A stretch of DNA of 64,000 nt from assembly GCF_009914755.1 (NCBI RefSeq), contig NC_060932.1; one strand, 5' to 3'. Positions within the stretch are counted from its first letter, which is position 1. Each line of letters opens with the position of its first letter. This DNA comes from the human T2T-CHM13v2.0 reference genome, Homo sapiens. Under the pieces are notes generated by a model. That model saw only the letters and a list, made by a program, of their open reading frames with translations, searched no databases and was not told where the DNA came from. Both the position numbers and the translations under genes were made by a program. Positions 30,427-44,698 of this stretch are shown here, piece by piece.

Positions 30427-30717
30427 GGTCCGGGTGTGGTGGATCATTCCTGTAATCTCAGCACTGTGAGAGTCTGAGAATTGCTTAAGGCCAGGAGTTC
30501 AAGACCAGTCTGGGTAACATAGGAAGAGTCCTGTCTCTACAAAAAAAAATGTGAAAAAATGAAAAATAGCCAGGTGTGGTCAGGAGCCTGTAGTTTCAGC
30601 TATAGGCTGAGGTGGGAGGATCCCTTGAGCCCAGAAAGTCGAGGCTGCAGTGAGCTATGATTGTTCCACTGCACTCCAGTCTGGGTGGCAGAGCTAGACC
30701 TCATCTCAAAAACAAAG
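30427..30717 (+). mobile_element. AluJ SINE
   Basis: Diverged dimer, gggaggatcccttgagcccag...gaggctgcagtgagctatgatt; both flanks share attacaagg. Confidence 0.9.
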
Positions 30718-31272
30718 CAATGCAGAAAAGATCTGATTACAAGGAAACAGTAATAATGATAAAAATGAAATATTACCACTCTAGAACATATTTTCATAAT
30801 AAATGGTAAATAAGCATTGATTTATTAAATATGGCTCCATTAAACTTCTACCATTTGTCATTGTTTCTCATATATTTAAATCATTATCACATAGCATTTG
30901 ATTTGGAGAAACAGAATATCTTTGTGTATGAGGCCTGATGAATCGATAGTAGCAGAATCTCCATGGCAGGCATATTATTGGAGATGATAGTCTTTATGTA
31001 AACATCACTGTGGGTTTTTTTTTCACTGTAAATAGGCATGCAAAACTACATAAAACAAAGAAAATAAAACGCATGGTCCAGGGACATTGAGGGGATTAGG
31101 GAATATATACCTGACACTTTGTTGAATCTTATGAAGGAAAAGCACTATGTGGATGGCTACAGCTATTCTGGCATTTCCTCATATGGGAAACCGTCATCAA
31201 TTTCTTGAAAAGAGCCTTGCAGCAAACATCCGTGGGTACAGAGTAAGTATAGATAAAAATAGAATTCACACT

Positions 31273-31500
31273 GAGTAATAATCTTAGTTCAGCCTTTTGC
31301 CAGGATGACCATGTGCCAAGCAGGCTTTTAAGCACCACACATATCAACTCAGTTAGTTCTCCCAGCAATTCTATGAAGTCAACACTAATATTATTCTCAT
31401 CCTACAGATGAGAAAAGTGAGGCACTGGCTTTACTTGCTCAAGGTCACACAGGTAGTTAGAGGGGGAAGAGACTGGCTCCAAATCCATGTGAACACCATG
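31273..31500 (-). mobile_element. MIR SINE
   Basis: ccatgtgccaagc...attctcatcctacagatgagaaaagtgaggcac...acttgctcaaggtcacacaggtagt. Confidence 0.85.
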
Positions 31501-31589
31501 TGATGATGTCTTGAGGATGTTGTAATTAAGAAAGTGGTTTGATTCTTGACTCTTCCACAGACTTGAGGTCAATGAGATAGATTCTCTCA

Positions 31590-32010
31590 ATCACTCGCAA
31601 TGTATTAGACACGACCTTTATGTCAAACATTGCTAGGCACTGTGCAAGATGCAAAAAAATGAAACAGTTGAAATTAGCTTCTGGTAGAAATTGTTCAAGC
31701 ATCAGAGATGTGCATAGTCTCTAATTCTCTCATGTGCCTGGAATAATATATGTTTAGTTCAATTAAATTCATTTCAGTTCGACTTAATGCAACTACATTG
31801 ATTAAACATCTCATATATGAAGTACTTGGCGGTAGGTATAGAATGATAAATAGTCCAGCCCTAGACGTCATTGAGCACACCCTCAGTGAAGGGGACAGAC
31901 ACAAATAAGTAAATAACTCCAAGCAAAAGCAATATGTTATAAGAAAGGGAGAATTAAAGTGCCATGGGAATGCAGGCTGAAAGTTGTAAAAGTAATTGTA
32001 AGATGAGAAG

Positions 32011-32043
<33 letters not shown>

Positions 32044-32340
32044 AGAGAGCGAGGAGGGAGGAAGAGAGAATATTTACATTTGGCCTTGCATGAGGTAGAA
32101 TTTGCTAAGCAGAAAAAGGGGTAGAGGATAGAGTGGAGAGAAGAGAGAGAAGATGGAGGAGCTTAATTTAGGATCAAGGCTGTGAAGACACCATCACCCA
32201 AGCTAAATAGTTAAATTGTATTATGTTTGAAATGGAGAGCACTGGCAGGATTGAAAAAGGTAACAGTATGATCAAGAAATATCTGAAGTAGCCAACTCTG
32301 ATATTAGTTGAAAGCTAAACTGAAGAAAAAAAGAGACTAG
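31590..32340 (-). mobile_element. L2 LINE fragments
   Basis: L2-type reversed 3' ends (aaacattgctaggcactgtg; ccagccctagacgtcattgagcacacc...aagtgccatgggaatgcag). Confidence 0.5.
32013..32042. repeat. (GT)15 microsatellite
   Basis: Perfect gt run. Confidence 0.98.
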
Positions 32341-32594
32341 CAAAAAGAGAATTATTAAGTAGAGTTACCATGCTCTTTAAAATTTCTGTTTTACCACCCA
32401 AGCCCCCTTATATGAATTTGCTGTAATCATAGGAAAAAAGCTACCAAAGAATAAATTGATTTGAGGACACTGATCCATGCTAACTCCATTAAGAGTCACT
32501 TAATCTAGTTTTGGATATTTCTATACATATACTCTAGATGTGAACATCTAGATAATTAAGATTCTGGTCCTATATTGGTGAAAACAAAATTTCT

Positions 32595-32790
32595 CAGTGT
32601 GTTTGTGTACAAATCCTGGTTCCATCACTAATGAGTATGTGACATTTGGGAAGTTACTTGAACTATGTCTTAGGCTTCTCATTTGTTGACCTGGGAAAGC
32701 AACGTAACTGTTTCATAAGCTGTTATGAAGATTAAGCTGCTTAGGACAATGTTGGCACATGGTACCCATTTTATAAGCATTTACTAAAAT
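32595..32790 (+). mobile_element. MIR SINE
   Basis: caaatcctggttccatcactaatgagtatgtgacatttgggaagttacttgaac...gttatgaagattaa. Confidence 0.75.
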
Positions 32791-35010
32791 TATCCCTAAG
32801 CATAATTCTATAAGATCCTCTAAATTTCTTTCTTACCAACAACTTTGAGAAATTGGAACTATATGTGCTTAAATAAATCAAGACAAAACAATGAGAGACT
32901 CAGAACAGTAACTCTTACATATTAGAATACATTTGCTAAAAATATGTAATAACTCCTTACATACCAAAAAACCTAAAAAGCTGCAAGCACATTTGTGAAT
33001 CGTGTTATTCTCTGAGTAACATATTTTGGCCTATCATTTCTCTTTACTTACCTGACCAATGATCAGGTAGTATCAGAAGAAAAGAACAGTCACAAGAGTG
33101 ACATTCTTGGTTAAGAACCTGTGTAACATCTACCTAAAGTATGTTTCACCAAGAAGGTAGATTTTGATTACATTTTACTTCTAATTTGGAAGACAATGTA
33201 TTAGGAGAAAGAAAAACTTATCTAAACTGAGACAAATGAATTCCATTTAGTTCTATGTCCTTTTCAATCTATAATGTATCATCACAGTGCCTTGGGAAGT
33301 AGTCAAGTCCTACAAATTCATTCCCCCTAGAAAATTTTCCTCATGAAATGTGTTCTTATATAGTTACCACTTGAGATGATCCAAAGTATATGCATACATT
33401 TCAAATTTTTCATTCTCATGGTCTTTTTTTGCTGTTTGATTCCTTAATTTTGTTCTCATTGTCAAAGCCCACTTCTGTGATTCTTAACCAAATAAGTAAA
33501 TAGGAGGCAATGGTTTCTGTTATGAATTTTATGGCCTTTGTTTTTTTAAAGAAAGTTAGTGTTCAGAGGTACTTTCTCCCATGTCTCTAACGCTGAAGGA
33601 TTGGAATACAAGCCAAAATTCAAAGGCAGAAACTCAGTCAGAAGCTGGCACTTTGCCTATGACTTGATGGACCTGTTAAATAATCTTTGAGGTAAAACAG
33701 ATTCCAACTACATCAAACACAGTGAAGGAGTAAGTTCAGAAAATAGTGTTCTTGGTCTAGTAAAAGTCCAGGAGTACCAGCTCTGTCCTTAAATAGGTTG
33801 AATACAATGAAAGACAGGAACATTCACTAGTCCTATAAGCATTTTCAATCTCTCTTGTTGAACACCACTAGTGGAGACAATGAAAGAAGAAAAATGCAAT
33901 ATACGTGTCCAAGGATCTCTCAGGTTGCCTTACAGACAAATATTATAATTCATGGTTTTGTATAAGATATTTTTCTGCTGTTATTTTTATGTTAAGTATG
34001 GCTTTTTGGATTCTAAGAACCATATAACAAGGTGCTGCATTCCAGTCCAGCTTGAATTTTGTCTCATGGAGCTTATGAACAAGTGACAACATACCTTCTT
34101 GCACAGAAAATCAGTAACCTGCAGACTGCCCAGAGAGGGTTTCCCAGGCTTTTTCCTGTCTCTATTGTTTGGCTACTCCCAATTTCAGGGATAAAGGAAA
34201 AAATTCTTGCTGTGAAGAACTGCTGTGGAGATTCTGCAATGAGATATGTGTGAACAGATGTTTGCTTTCTACCACTTCCATGACTTTCCAAAGGCCAGAT
34301 ATTGATGTTTCTCTGTGGGGAGTGTAATTATGCTCTCATCATATTGACATGGAGAGAGAGAATCAGGCTTGTTGAGTTTTACAAAGTTACAAAGCTGGTG
34401 GGTCTGCTTTTCTGTTAATTGTGAAACCTGGGAAGATAATTTTTAAAACTTTGCATGCCTCTTGGATGCCATTTCAATGTATTTGCTTTTTTTGATAGCT
34501 ATAATGATTATAGAATTTTTATAATAATCAATGTATCTGCAAAAGAGAAAGGAAAGGTGAGATTTGTCAAATCTACATAATATATTGAAAGGTGGTAACA
34601 GAATAAACATTGAACAAAATGATTTAAAATTGCAACATACTGTCAGCATCCTATCAGCAAACATATCTTTCTAATTATAAAAAATCCCAAATGACAAAAC
34701 CATGATTGTTGATGCTGTAATTCATTTAGATTCTCTTTTATGGCTGAAAGCTCTGTAAGCTACAATATGGACATAAGAAATCTATCACTACTCTGGAATA
34801 TCTCAGAGGGGAATGGATGATGCCACTTCCTATCACCAAGTTAAAAAAAAAAACAAAACTTGTAGTGCCTTTTTAGTTGAAGCAAAATTGTGATGAAAGC
34901 CAGCTGTTAAGTAATTTTCAAAATAAATGACTGCTAAACTAGTGAAAACGTCTCAACATAATTTCAAGTTCGACATCATAAAGTGAATGTGACATTAAAT
35001 AAGCTTCGTA

Positions 35011-35430
<420 letters not shown>

Positions 35431-36459
35431 TTAAAATGGAAGCCAGTTACATTTCTTTTCTCTGAGAGTCTCAAAGTCCAGTGGAGGGTCAGCCTGACAT
35501 TTTACTTTGCTGAAACAAGCTTGTCAATGGTGACTATATTGAAATGAAAAGTAATTGTTTCATTTTGGGTGAAATAATATCATTTCAAAGCAATATCACA
35601 AATTACTGTCTGATCATTTTGAAGCGATATCTAGCAGTAATATTTTATACTGAGTGGTTTAGTCACATATGCCTTTGTAAGATATTAAACATCTAAGTGA
35701 AAAATCAAGACCATGGTTAGAATATTTTACTAGCAAATTATATTCACTGAAGAAGGGAGTGGTTCAGTTATGTAGGTGCAATTGAAAGAGGAAAGTGAAA
35801 GTCAAAGTGAAAAATCTAATTTTTTTCTCGCTGAAAAATTCAACATCTGAGATGTGTAGTAATCATAGATTTTACAATCATAAACTAATCTTACCTGTGT
35901 ATATGATACTCTGCTAAAATATCATAGGAACAAGGCTTGCAAATATAATATTAAAGACAAATGTGTCAGCTTATAATGTCAAATATTAAACAAATAAGAG
36001 GTCATTTTGACAAGGAGTTGTGTTTTGAAGGCTCTGAACTAATTGATCCTAGTCTTTCTCTTGAAAGGACAACTAATGTCAAATTTACTGTAAGAAAAGT
36101 TACTTTCCACAGTTTCAATGAAAACAGGACCATCATAACTCTTGCCTTATAACTTCATATTTCTTTAGAAACATTTAATAAGTGTAGTTTTAGCAGGTTA
36201 AGTAGATAAGGGTAACTAGGAGAGTCGATAATACATTTGTTATTAATGAGGCTTCTACATGCCATCATGTGAATATAGATATACTGGTCTTAGTATCAAA
36301 GATTTCATGAAAGAGCAAAAATTTATCTAGCACTATATTTACTATCTCTATAGAGGGGATGAAGGACAGATAATTTTTCTGTTCCAAATTATACACTGTT
36401 CACAACATTATTAAATTTTTATTAAGAATGCTAGATAACCTAAACAGCTTTTAAAAATA

Positions 36460-37092
36460 CAGCACATTCTCATTATTCATGGATTCTGTATTTGCAAATT
36501 TGCCCACTCATTAAAATGTATTTGTAAACACAAAATCAATGCTGGTGGCACTTACGGTCGTTTGCGGTCATGTGCAGAGTGGCAAAAAAGTTTCATTTGC
36601 CTGATGCATATGTCCTAGCTGGGCTTGAACGTGGTAACAGTCTTCTTTCAGCTCATACTATAAACAAACGTCCTTTTCATGGTGAATTTAGTGCAACATT
36701 TTCTCATTTTTGTGCTATTTCTTGCTGATTTTACTGTTTTCAATGGCCTCCAAGTATAGCGTTGCTATGCTGCCTAGTGTTTCTTAACATGAGAAGGCTA
36801 TGGAAAGCCTTAAAAGAAAATATGTGTGTTAGATAAGTTGTTTTCAGGCATGACTTACAGTGTTGTTTGACTTTCAAAGTTAGATTCAACAGCATGTTAA
36901 ATAAAGTGTCTCTAAAAGAAACACACATAAGACAAGTTTACGTATTAATTGGTTGATGAAAATGTTGTGACCAGAGGCTTATAGGGATCTAACTCTGTCT
37001 TTCCTGCAGAAACAGTGGTTCAGTATTTGCTACTTTGGTGTTGGCAGCATCTTTATAGAACAAAACTACTGTGAATAACAAGAATTGATAGT
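36460..37092 (+). mobile_element. MER82 (Tigger family) DNA transposon
   Basis: cagcacattctcattattcatggattctgtatttgc...gaaaatgttgtgaccagaggct...gaataacaagaattgatag, with degenerate terminal inverted repeats. Confidence 0.85.
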
Positions 37093-37440
37093 ACCACAGT
37101 TTTTACCCCATATTATTCACAAACACAAGCAAAAAGACATCTTATGTCATGGTAAAATGAACTGTAAGAACTTGCTTGTGTGTAAACATTCCTAATTATG
37201 ATGACAAATTAAATTTAGTGAAATACACAGGCCCATAATTGAGAAATGTGTAATCACTACTAGGTTAACATAGAAATACTGTATAAACAGATGACTGTAG
37301 GGATATCAAGAAGATGGTTGGTATATGGAGAGGTTTAATGATTAAATGTTCTGTAATTAATACCTTTGTTTAATCTTTTTAAGGCTCATGCAATCCAAAT
37401 ACATTGTCAGCAGACTTTTCAAAAACTGCTATTAAAAACA

Positions 37441-37741
37441 GTCTAGGCATAGTCATACATCTGTAATCCCAGCACTTTGGGAGGCTGAGACAAGAGGATC
37501 ACTTGAGGCCAGGAGTTTGAGACTAGCCTGGGCAACATAGTGAAACCCCCATTTCTGCAAAAAATTTAAAAATTAGCTGGGCATGGTGGCCTCTGCCTAT
37601 AGACCCAGCTAGGTGAGGGGCTGAGATGGGAGGATTTCCTCAGCCTGGGAGGTCGAGGCTACAGTGAGCCATCATCCCTCCACTTTATTCCAGCCTGGGT
37701 GACAGAGTGAGATCCTGTCTCAAAAAAAAAAAAAAAAAAAA
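37441..37741 (+). mobile_element. AluJ SINE
   Basis: gaggatcacttgaggccaggagtttgag...ggaggtcgaggctacagtgagcc followed by an A tail. Confidence 0.93.
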
Positions 37742-39439
37742 GTATAGGATTTTAAGAGATTAATTTTCAATTACTAATTTCAAAGGCATAGGTCTCAATT
37801 AAAAGAATTTGATAATCCTTAGCATTTGATCACATTTGGGAGCATTTTTCATTTTGTGTCTGTGAATTTCATGCACTAGGCCCGCGTTCAGTCCAGCCCC
37901 AGATCAACACATTCTCCAAACTCATTAACTTTGGAGAGGCTACCCAGAGTTCCTGAAGAGTTCATCTGAAAGTAAGTAGGAAAGATATTTTCCCTCTGAC
38001 TTTTCAGCTCTTTTCAATATTTATGTACTGTGGTTAAACTGCCTTAGCCATTCAAGAAGCATTTGATTGTATCTTTGTTGAATTTTTAAAGATGTGAGTC
38101 TTGATTGCAGATGCCTAGAAAAATGCTAGATTGCTAGTAAATAAGCCTGGTAGTAACAGTCTCTCCTTGGCATTTACTAAAAACAGTGTAAAAAATGAGT
38201 CAATGATTAATTTTTCCCTTGGCTATGGACCAGAACTGAAGTTTAATAGAACACAAATTTCATAATATGTAGCAGCTGAAAAAACTTTCAGTTAAAACTG
38301 GTTCAATTTTATCTGGCTTTAAAGACTGTCCCTGAGAGCATCTCAGATTCACCTGCATGATTCCTTAAAACGGCAACTTTATGCAAGTGACTATTTAGCT
38401 CTGCAGACTGAAAGAGTTGCCATGTTGCACTGCAAAGCAAGTTAAATGGGGGAAATGTGTTTCCAGCTATGAATCTAATCAGAAGGTAGGTATTTTTTAA
38501 AACACGTAAGTTGCTGAAAGACGTTCAGAAATACGAGTTTACTAGGTTAGCTCTACTAGCTAATCTAAACTCAAAACAACATAAAGTCAAAGTAATTCTA
38601 ATGAGCATTTGGTGCATGGGTCCCAGATAAATGGATTTCTAAGTAAAAGTCAAAGCTACATTAAGTCTTCGTTACACCAATCCAAACAACTTTGCCTTTG
38701 AGTGTAGATGTGGGCTGCCACACAGGCAAATGTATACATTATATAGTCTTTGTTGCTAATATGTTAAATTAGATTTTTATTTTTACTATAGCATAGGATG
38801 CGTAACAGTGACCTTCATTTGATTTACATTTATTACAAAATAAATTGCATCAATATTTTAGAAGTGGAAAATCATAGTGATTCTCCAATTCCATACTAAG
38901 ACTGAGAAATGTTTCTAGAAAGAGCTGTGAGATGACACTAAACTGACTGTGTTCTGTTACATTCCTTCGCATCGTGGCCAGACTTTTCTTCTGTCTTTGA
39001 GATACTTTTATTTGCCTCTCACTGAATTTACATCTCTCTATATTTCCCACTGTACCCAAGCTATTTTTTGCATTCTTCTTACCCCCAGGACTACCTGAAA
39101 GCCATTATTGCAGGTGCTGATTAGGAAATGTTCCATGGCCTCTCTCCAGGACCTTCATTCAATCATCTCCCATGCCCCTTCACTTTTTCTAATCCTTGCT
39201 CCAATAATTATTCATAATCTCCTTGCAATTTTCACCTCTTGTCTATTGACATATCATGCTGCCTAAAAACTATGCTCTTCTCTTAATGTGTTGCCTTCCA
39301 TTCACCAATAAATTTATTAACATGAGAATTGTTAGTATCCTACCTATTGTGCTCTGACAATCTGACTCACTTATGTGCTGTTGAATTCTTCTTTTTCTGG
39401 AAAAATAATGTTACCAATAATGGGCTGATATCAAAGGGA

Positions 39440-39680
39440 GAAGCATCATAGATTAGTAGTTAGGACATGAGCTCTGAATCAGCCTTTGCTTTACCTGTCT
39501 CACTTTTTGCAGTATCTCGAGCAAGTTTCTATGCGCTGCATTTCCTCGTCTGTAAAATGAAGAACATAATAGTACCTACCTCATAGGGTGGTTCTGAGGC
39601 TTAAATAAAACAATACTTGTAAAACACTAACAGAGCACTCAGCACATAGGAAGCATGATAAGTATATGTTAAATAAAATA
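39440..39680 (+). mobile_element. MIR SINE
   Basis: tttcctcgtctgtaaaatgaagaacataatagtacctacctcatagggtggttctgagg. Confidence 0.85.
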
Positions 39681-41342
39681 AATGTAATACTTATTTCCTC
39701 TATTATCCTCTCCATTGACCTCTTAGCAGCATTTAATAGTATTGATTACCACTTTAGAAAACTTTCATGCTCGGTGAAATTTTGCAGCCTGGCAAGTGGA
39801 CTGGTGGAAAGCACAGAAGATCCAGAGTGTTAGGCACATTTGGTGGCCAGCTAGTGTTTAATTGAAATGTCTGATTTGGGGGCTCAGCCTAAGTAGAGTG
39901 ACATGTAAAATGAGACTTGGAGCTATGAGTGTAGAACGTGGAATTTTGAGAATTTAGGGATCATTATGAGAATAGGTTCTATGGAAATGAGAAAAATGGT
40001 AGTTTAGGTGGAGAAGAAATGAATTGTGGTTGAAGAGATCTACGGCTGTGAAGCTCTTGCTTTAGAGTGGTTTTCAGCCCCAGACTACAGCTAGTGATGA
40101 AGGCGAGAAAGAGAACTGTGGGTCAGGTGCCCTTAGGGCACCCCTGAAAGTTAGACGCAAGGGGAAAGGAAGAGCAGCTACTGAGTTAGGTACACTTTCA
40201 GTCATTTCAGAGCCAATGCTTCCTGGATGATTTGAAGTTATTTATTTTGTCCCATTGTACCTGCCTTTTGGCCACTGAAATTTTTATTATTTACAACTCT
40301 CACTACAAACTAGGCAAAAGAAATAAATATTAGGGTGATCTGTCAATTTTAACAACCATTGCTATCTTAGGGTTGGCTGTTCTTTATTCTCATAATGTCC
40401 CAGTACGACATGTTGTGATTACTTATTCCACTTTTGGAGACAACTAGAGAAATGAAGAAGTCTGAATTAGGTCGTCCAGGGGACCCACAGCTGAATCAGC
40501 ATGAGAACTAACAGTTCCTAACTCCCACCCGAAACTTTACATCTTCTAAATCATAATAGCTCCTAAGGGAAAATAACTGTGAACAGGTTCTAGAGATTGC
40601 GATTGTCTTCCAAAATGGAACTGATATTTGGGTTTTTTAAAAAAATTCAACACAATTTTATTTTGGTCTTTACAGTGACGTTTATATATTTACAGTTCAT
40701 CTGCTGCTGAAACAGCAGTAGAATAGAGTCTTTGAAGTGATGGGTATGTGTGTATTGGCAGAGTTGAAGATAAACAATGCCAAAAGACCTCTAAAAAGAT
40801 TAGACTGTTAACCACAAATACGCGGTTTCAGTTGAGAAGATTTATTTGTTGCTGACCATATTAGCCATTGTAGTTAACATTGGTTCTGGGAAAGTCATAC
40901 TTTGGTAATGAGCCAGCAGGCTGTATTTGTAGAACTACAGTTGAATTTATAGGATGGATGCAGTGACATTGCAGATTTTCTCAACATCAAACAGTTAATG
41001 AAGTTACAAAATGTTCTGCTGGCTCTTTTCCTTTAAGCTTCTTTTTGGCGCTTCTAAGAGTTTCAACTGTCAGATGCACGGTCTTCCAGCGTTCTATCCA
41101 TCTGTTTCCCTGTCTTGGTTCATGCGCTAAAATGTGGTGCTCATAAAACATGGTCCTTATGGACATGATTATGTTTGTCTGAGAACTCTTCAAGCGGCCA
41201 CTTGAGATAAAAGATAATGGAACTAGGGATAGAAGTGGGTGTAATGGAATTGGAGTGGTGTCATGAGGTAATTGGCAGGTACAAATGGCCAATCACGTGG
41301 CTGGGTACTGATCTGAGCCCCTAGTCCATTTCAAGCCCTACT

Positions 41343-41924
41343 GGATGTATTGCAATTCAGTCCTGGAACTAACCATCTGGAGTTGGTGGTACAGGCTCTA
41401 TAGGTTAAAGGTATGGTCTCCGACAAGGCTGCTCTTACTTCAGACACCAGCAGCACTGAGGTGGGGGGTCTCCAGACCACCTGCACTCCTGAAAGACTGA
41501 CTATACGTTTTGGGGTTTTCATGAGCGCTTCAGTTCAATAATTTGCTAGAATGGCTCACAAAACTCAGGAAAGTACTATAATTAGAATTATAGTTTCATT
41601 ACAAAGAATACAAGTCAGGAGTGCTAGCTAAATATGGGACACACAGAATGAGGTCTGAAATGGAATGCAAATTTTCTGTCTCCAGCCCCACTCCACTCCC
41701 CTGGAGTCAGGTGGCTGAAAGCCCCAAACTTCTAATTGTGTGGTTAGTCTTTCAAGGTGACTGTCCCCATTCTAAAGTTATCTAGAGGCCTACCACGAGT
41801 CCCCTCATTAGGATAATGTGGATGATCACTCATTAGGATAATCACCGTGAACATTCTGAGAATTTTTGGAACTCTGTCCCGTGAATCTGGAACAAAGACC
41901 ATACAGATTCTTTATGATACCACA
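41343..41924 (-). mobile_element. MER21/MER77-like LTR
   Basis: gttcaataatttgctagaatggctcacaaaactcaggaaag, aaagccccaaacttctaat, and the end tttatgataccaca. Confidence 0.75.
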
Positions 41925-41934
41925 GCCCTCTCCT

Positions 41935-42120
41935 GCACTCTCTTATTTAAGGTTTACAGAAATTCTGTGAAATAGGTATTTTTCATCCCTACTTTTTAAC
42001 ATGAGAAAACTAAAGATCAGAAATGTAACATTTATATGCCCCAGGTCACACAGCAAGAACACAGCAGAACAAAGATTAGATCCCAGCTTGGTCTTCTTCA
42101 ATGGTCATGCTTTTCCAGAT
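41935..42120 (-). mobile_element. MIR SINE
   Basis: ctgtgaaataggtatt...atgagaaaactaaagatcag...gccccaggtcacacagcaag. Confidence 0.7.
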
Positions 42121-42904
42121 ACCTTAAAGAAAACCAAATGGACAGTGATTCTACACTGACAGATAAGCATGCTTATAATTGCTTGTTTGATATCTGTTTT
42201 TTCCCTGGTAGTTTGTAAGATGTGAAAGAAAAAATATGTGTTGCCTTTTCTGACAGCCACTCCCCCAACCCCAGCACCTAGTATATATTATTTTCTATTA
42301 GCTGTTAAATAAATACTTACCATATGAACAAGTGAACCTGAATAAAGCAGTACTCATTGGTCCTGGAGTGGATGAAATAGACTAGGGACTGGCCAGCTAG
42401 AAGGATCAGGGACTCCCAAATATGTAGCATTTTTAGTTGGTACTGAATGTGTGAATGAGATGGGTAGCTATGGCATCCAGGCTAGGTGAAGTCAGTTATA
42501 GGCATGGATGTGGAGGACTCTGTGGGAGGGAAAGAGTGAGTGGTTCAGGGCACTGGAGGTCATGCAGAGATTTGATGCTATGAAAAGCAAGTTGCACCTG
42601 TGAGAGTGTCATTAGGTTAATAACACCCTCCTCTTCTGTCTGCCTCCCTCACAATCATGAGGCTTGGAAAAGTGAGGGATGGAAGTTATTATCTAGGAGC
42701 TTGTTCACTGCTGCCAAAAATAGTTAGCTTTATTATGAGCTCTTGTACTGGCTTCAGACAGAGCCTTTGGGCATCATGGGAGTTACTGCTGCTTCCCTTG
42801 GGAACTACTGTCACTGCCATGGGCATCTGCATCTGAGAAGCATTCCTTCTCTGTGACAATTATCATAGTAACTTTTGCCCAGCAAGTTGGCTTTTCTGGA
42901 TGTG

Positions 42905-43100
42905 TTAATGATGGTAATAATGATAATTGCTAAGATTATGAATGTCTTGCATGAATTATTTCATTTAATCCTCACAATAACCGAATGAGGCAGAAACAAT
43001 TTTGTGTCTTTTTTACAAATGGGGAACTGAGATTTGGGGAAGTTAAATCATTTGCCAAAGTCATTTGTTCAATGATGAGTAGTCTCAAAATTTTAACCCA
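42905..43100 (-). mobile_element. MIR SINE
   Basis: tcatttaatcctcacaataacc...ttttacaaatggggaactgag...gttaaatcatttgccaaagtca. Confidence 0.8.
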
Positions 43101-43836
43101 AATCTAATCAACATATTGTAAGATTGTTACAGTAAGAATGTTATTAGAACATCCTGAGAAAGAGCTGATATACATATTAAAGAGTCCTTCATTTTCGTGA
43201 TGCCTACTCCTTGCTTGGGTGCAAGGTTATTTCTGCTTGTTGATTCTGTCCCTTTGAAAATCAGATTTTAACCTCTAGCCTGCTAGTTCCTTTGTGGGGA
43301 AAAATGATTATTGCTGTTTTCCAAAATACCAAAAAATGTCAGCCCAACCGCCTGAGTTTAATCAGATGTTTAATCTGATATAGCATCTGCATAATGACAC
43401 CACAAAGAATAAACAAGAAGATCGGGACTGTGTCATAAATATTGATTCTTCTATAGTCAGGGCCTGCTGACTTTCATATAAAACTTTTTATTTAATTAAA
43501 TCTATTGCAAACAATGCAGCAAAACCTTATTCTAGTTTTATCTTTCAGAATGTTGAAATAGTCACAGCCCATGGAATCAATGTTTTGGGTAAGATTTTTT
43601 TTAATGGAATTCTGTCTCTATTGCTTTAATTTCTTTAATCTTTCACTGCATGAAAAATACTCTAATATCTTAAAATTTCATGTATTTCCAGCCTAAAAAT
43701 AACATCTATTATAGATTTTCCTCATTTTATTGTGTAAATGTAGATAAGCATAAAGAAGAAAATAAAAATTGTCCAGAAAGAACCACAATTAAAATTGTCC
43801 TGCATATTCTTCCATTCTTTTTCCTATTCCTAAGTA

Positions 43837-43858
43837 TGTGTGTGTGTGTGTGTGTGTG
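43837..43858. repeat. (TG)11 microsatellite
   Basis: Perfect tg run followed by TA/TGCA-rich alternating sequence. Confidence 0.95.
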
Positions 43859-43934
43859 TATAGCATAGGTATGTATAGGTTTATATGCATATATATGCAT
43901 ATGTAACATCTATTAATATATTATAAAACATTAC

Positions 43935-44226
43935 TTTTTTTTTTGAAACATGGTCTCACTTTGTCACCCAGGCTGGAGTGCAGTGGCGCGATCTCAACTC
44001 AATGCAGCCTCGACCTCCCGGGGTCAAGCTATCCTCCTGCCTCAGCCCCTCCAAGTAGCGGGACTACACGTACATGCCACCACATCCTGCTAATTTTTGT
44101 ATTTTCTGTACAGATGGGGTTTCACCATGTTGCCCAGGCTGGTCTCAAGCTGCTGAGCTCAAGTGATCTTCCCACCTCAGTCTCCCAAATTGCTGGGATT
44201 ACAGGCATGAGCCACTGCACTCATCC
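43935..44226 (-). mobile_element. AluJb-like SINE
   Basis: Poly-T, gcagcctcgacctcc, and TSD ataaaacattact / ataaaacactact. Confidence 0.95.
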
Positions 44227-44559
44227 ATAAAACACTACTCTGAATCTGCCTTTTTCTCTTTCCGTATTTTAAAATATCATTTAAAACACATTAATTCTAT
44301 AGTAATTCAGCCACAGCACCCTTTTTGTCCAGTTATTTTCCACTGCAGTTTCCTGGTGGAAGATTGTGATTCACCAATCCCATTGCCTAGGAGACGCCCA
44401 CTGGGATGGCTGAGATGGGAGGAAACTTCCAGGTAGTATGGCTTCTGTAGCCCAGCAATCTATATGTTGATCTCAGTAGAAGATTCTGTGGCTGGTGTCC
44501 TGCGCCAACATTGCTCTTTCTTTTTCCCTCACCATCTAGGTCACTGGGTCTCACTTGGG

Positions 44560-44698
44560 AGTGGCTTTCCTCCACAGGGGACATTTGGAAATGTCTGGAT
44601 ACATTTCGATTCCCATAACTGAGGGGTCTGCTACTGGCATCTAGTGGGTAGAGGCCAGTATGCTGAACATCCTATGACATCCAGGTTGAGAAACCTGG
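44560..44698. mobile_element. MER20 hAT-Charlie element, internally deleted
   Basis: caggggacatttggaaatgtctgga...tgctactggcatctagtgggtagaggcca...ggttgagaaacctg. Confidence 0.85.

Noticed and set aside
33046-33135. Perfect minus-strand donor CAG|GTAAGT with a possible short exon (VLNQECHSCDCS...)
   Set aside because: Roughly one perfect 9-mer is expected by chance in 128 kb of two-strand sequence. The acceptor is weak and the peptide is unrecognised.
40987-41292. 101-aa minus-strand ORF in unique sequence (…WIERWKTVHLTVETLRSAKKK…)
   Set aside because: No recognisable domain, an alternative start codon, weak splice signals, and a length within chance expectation.
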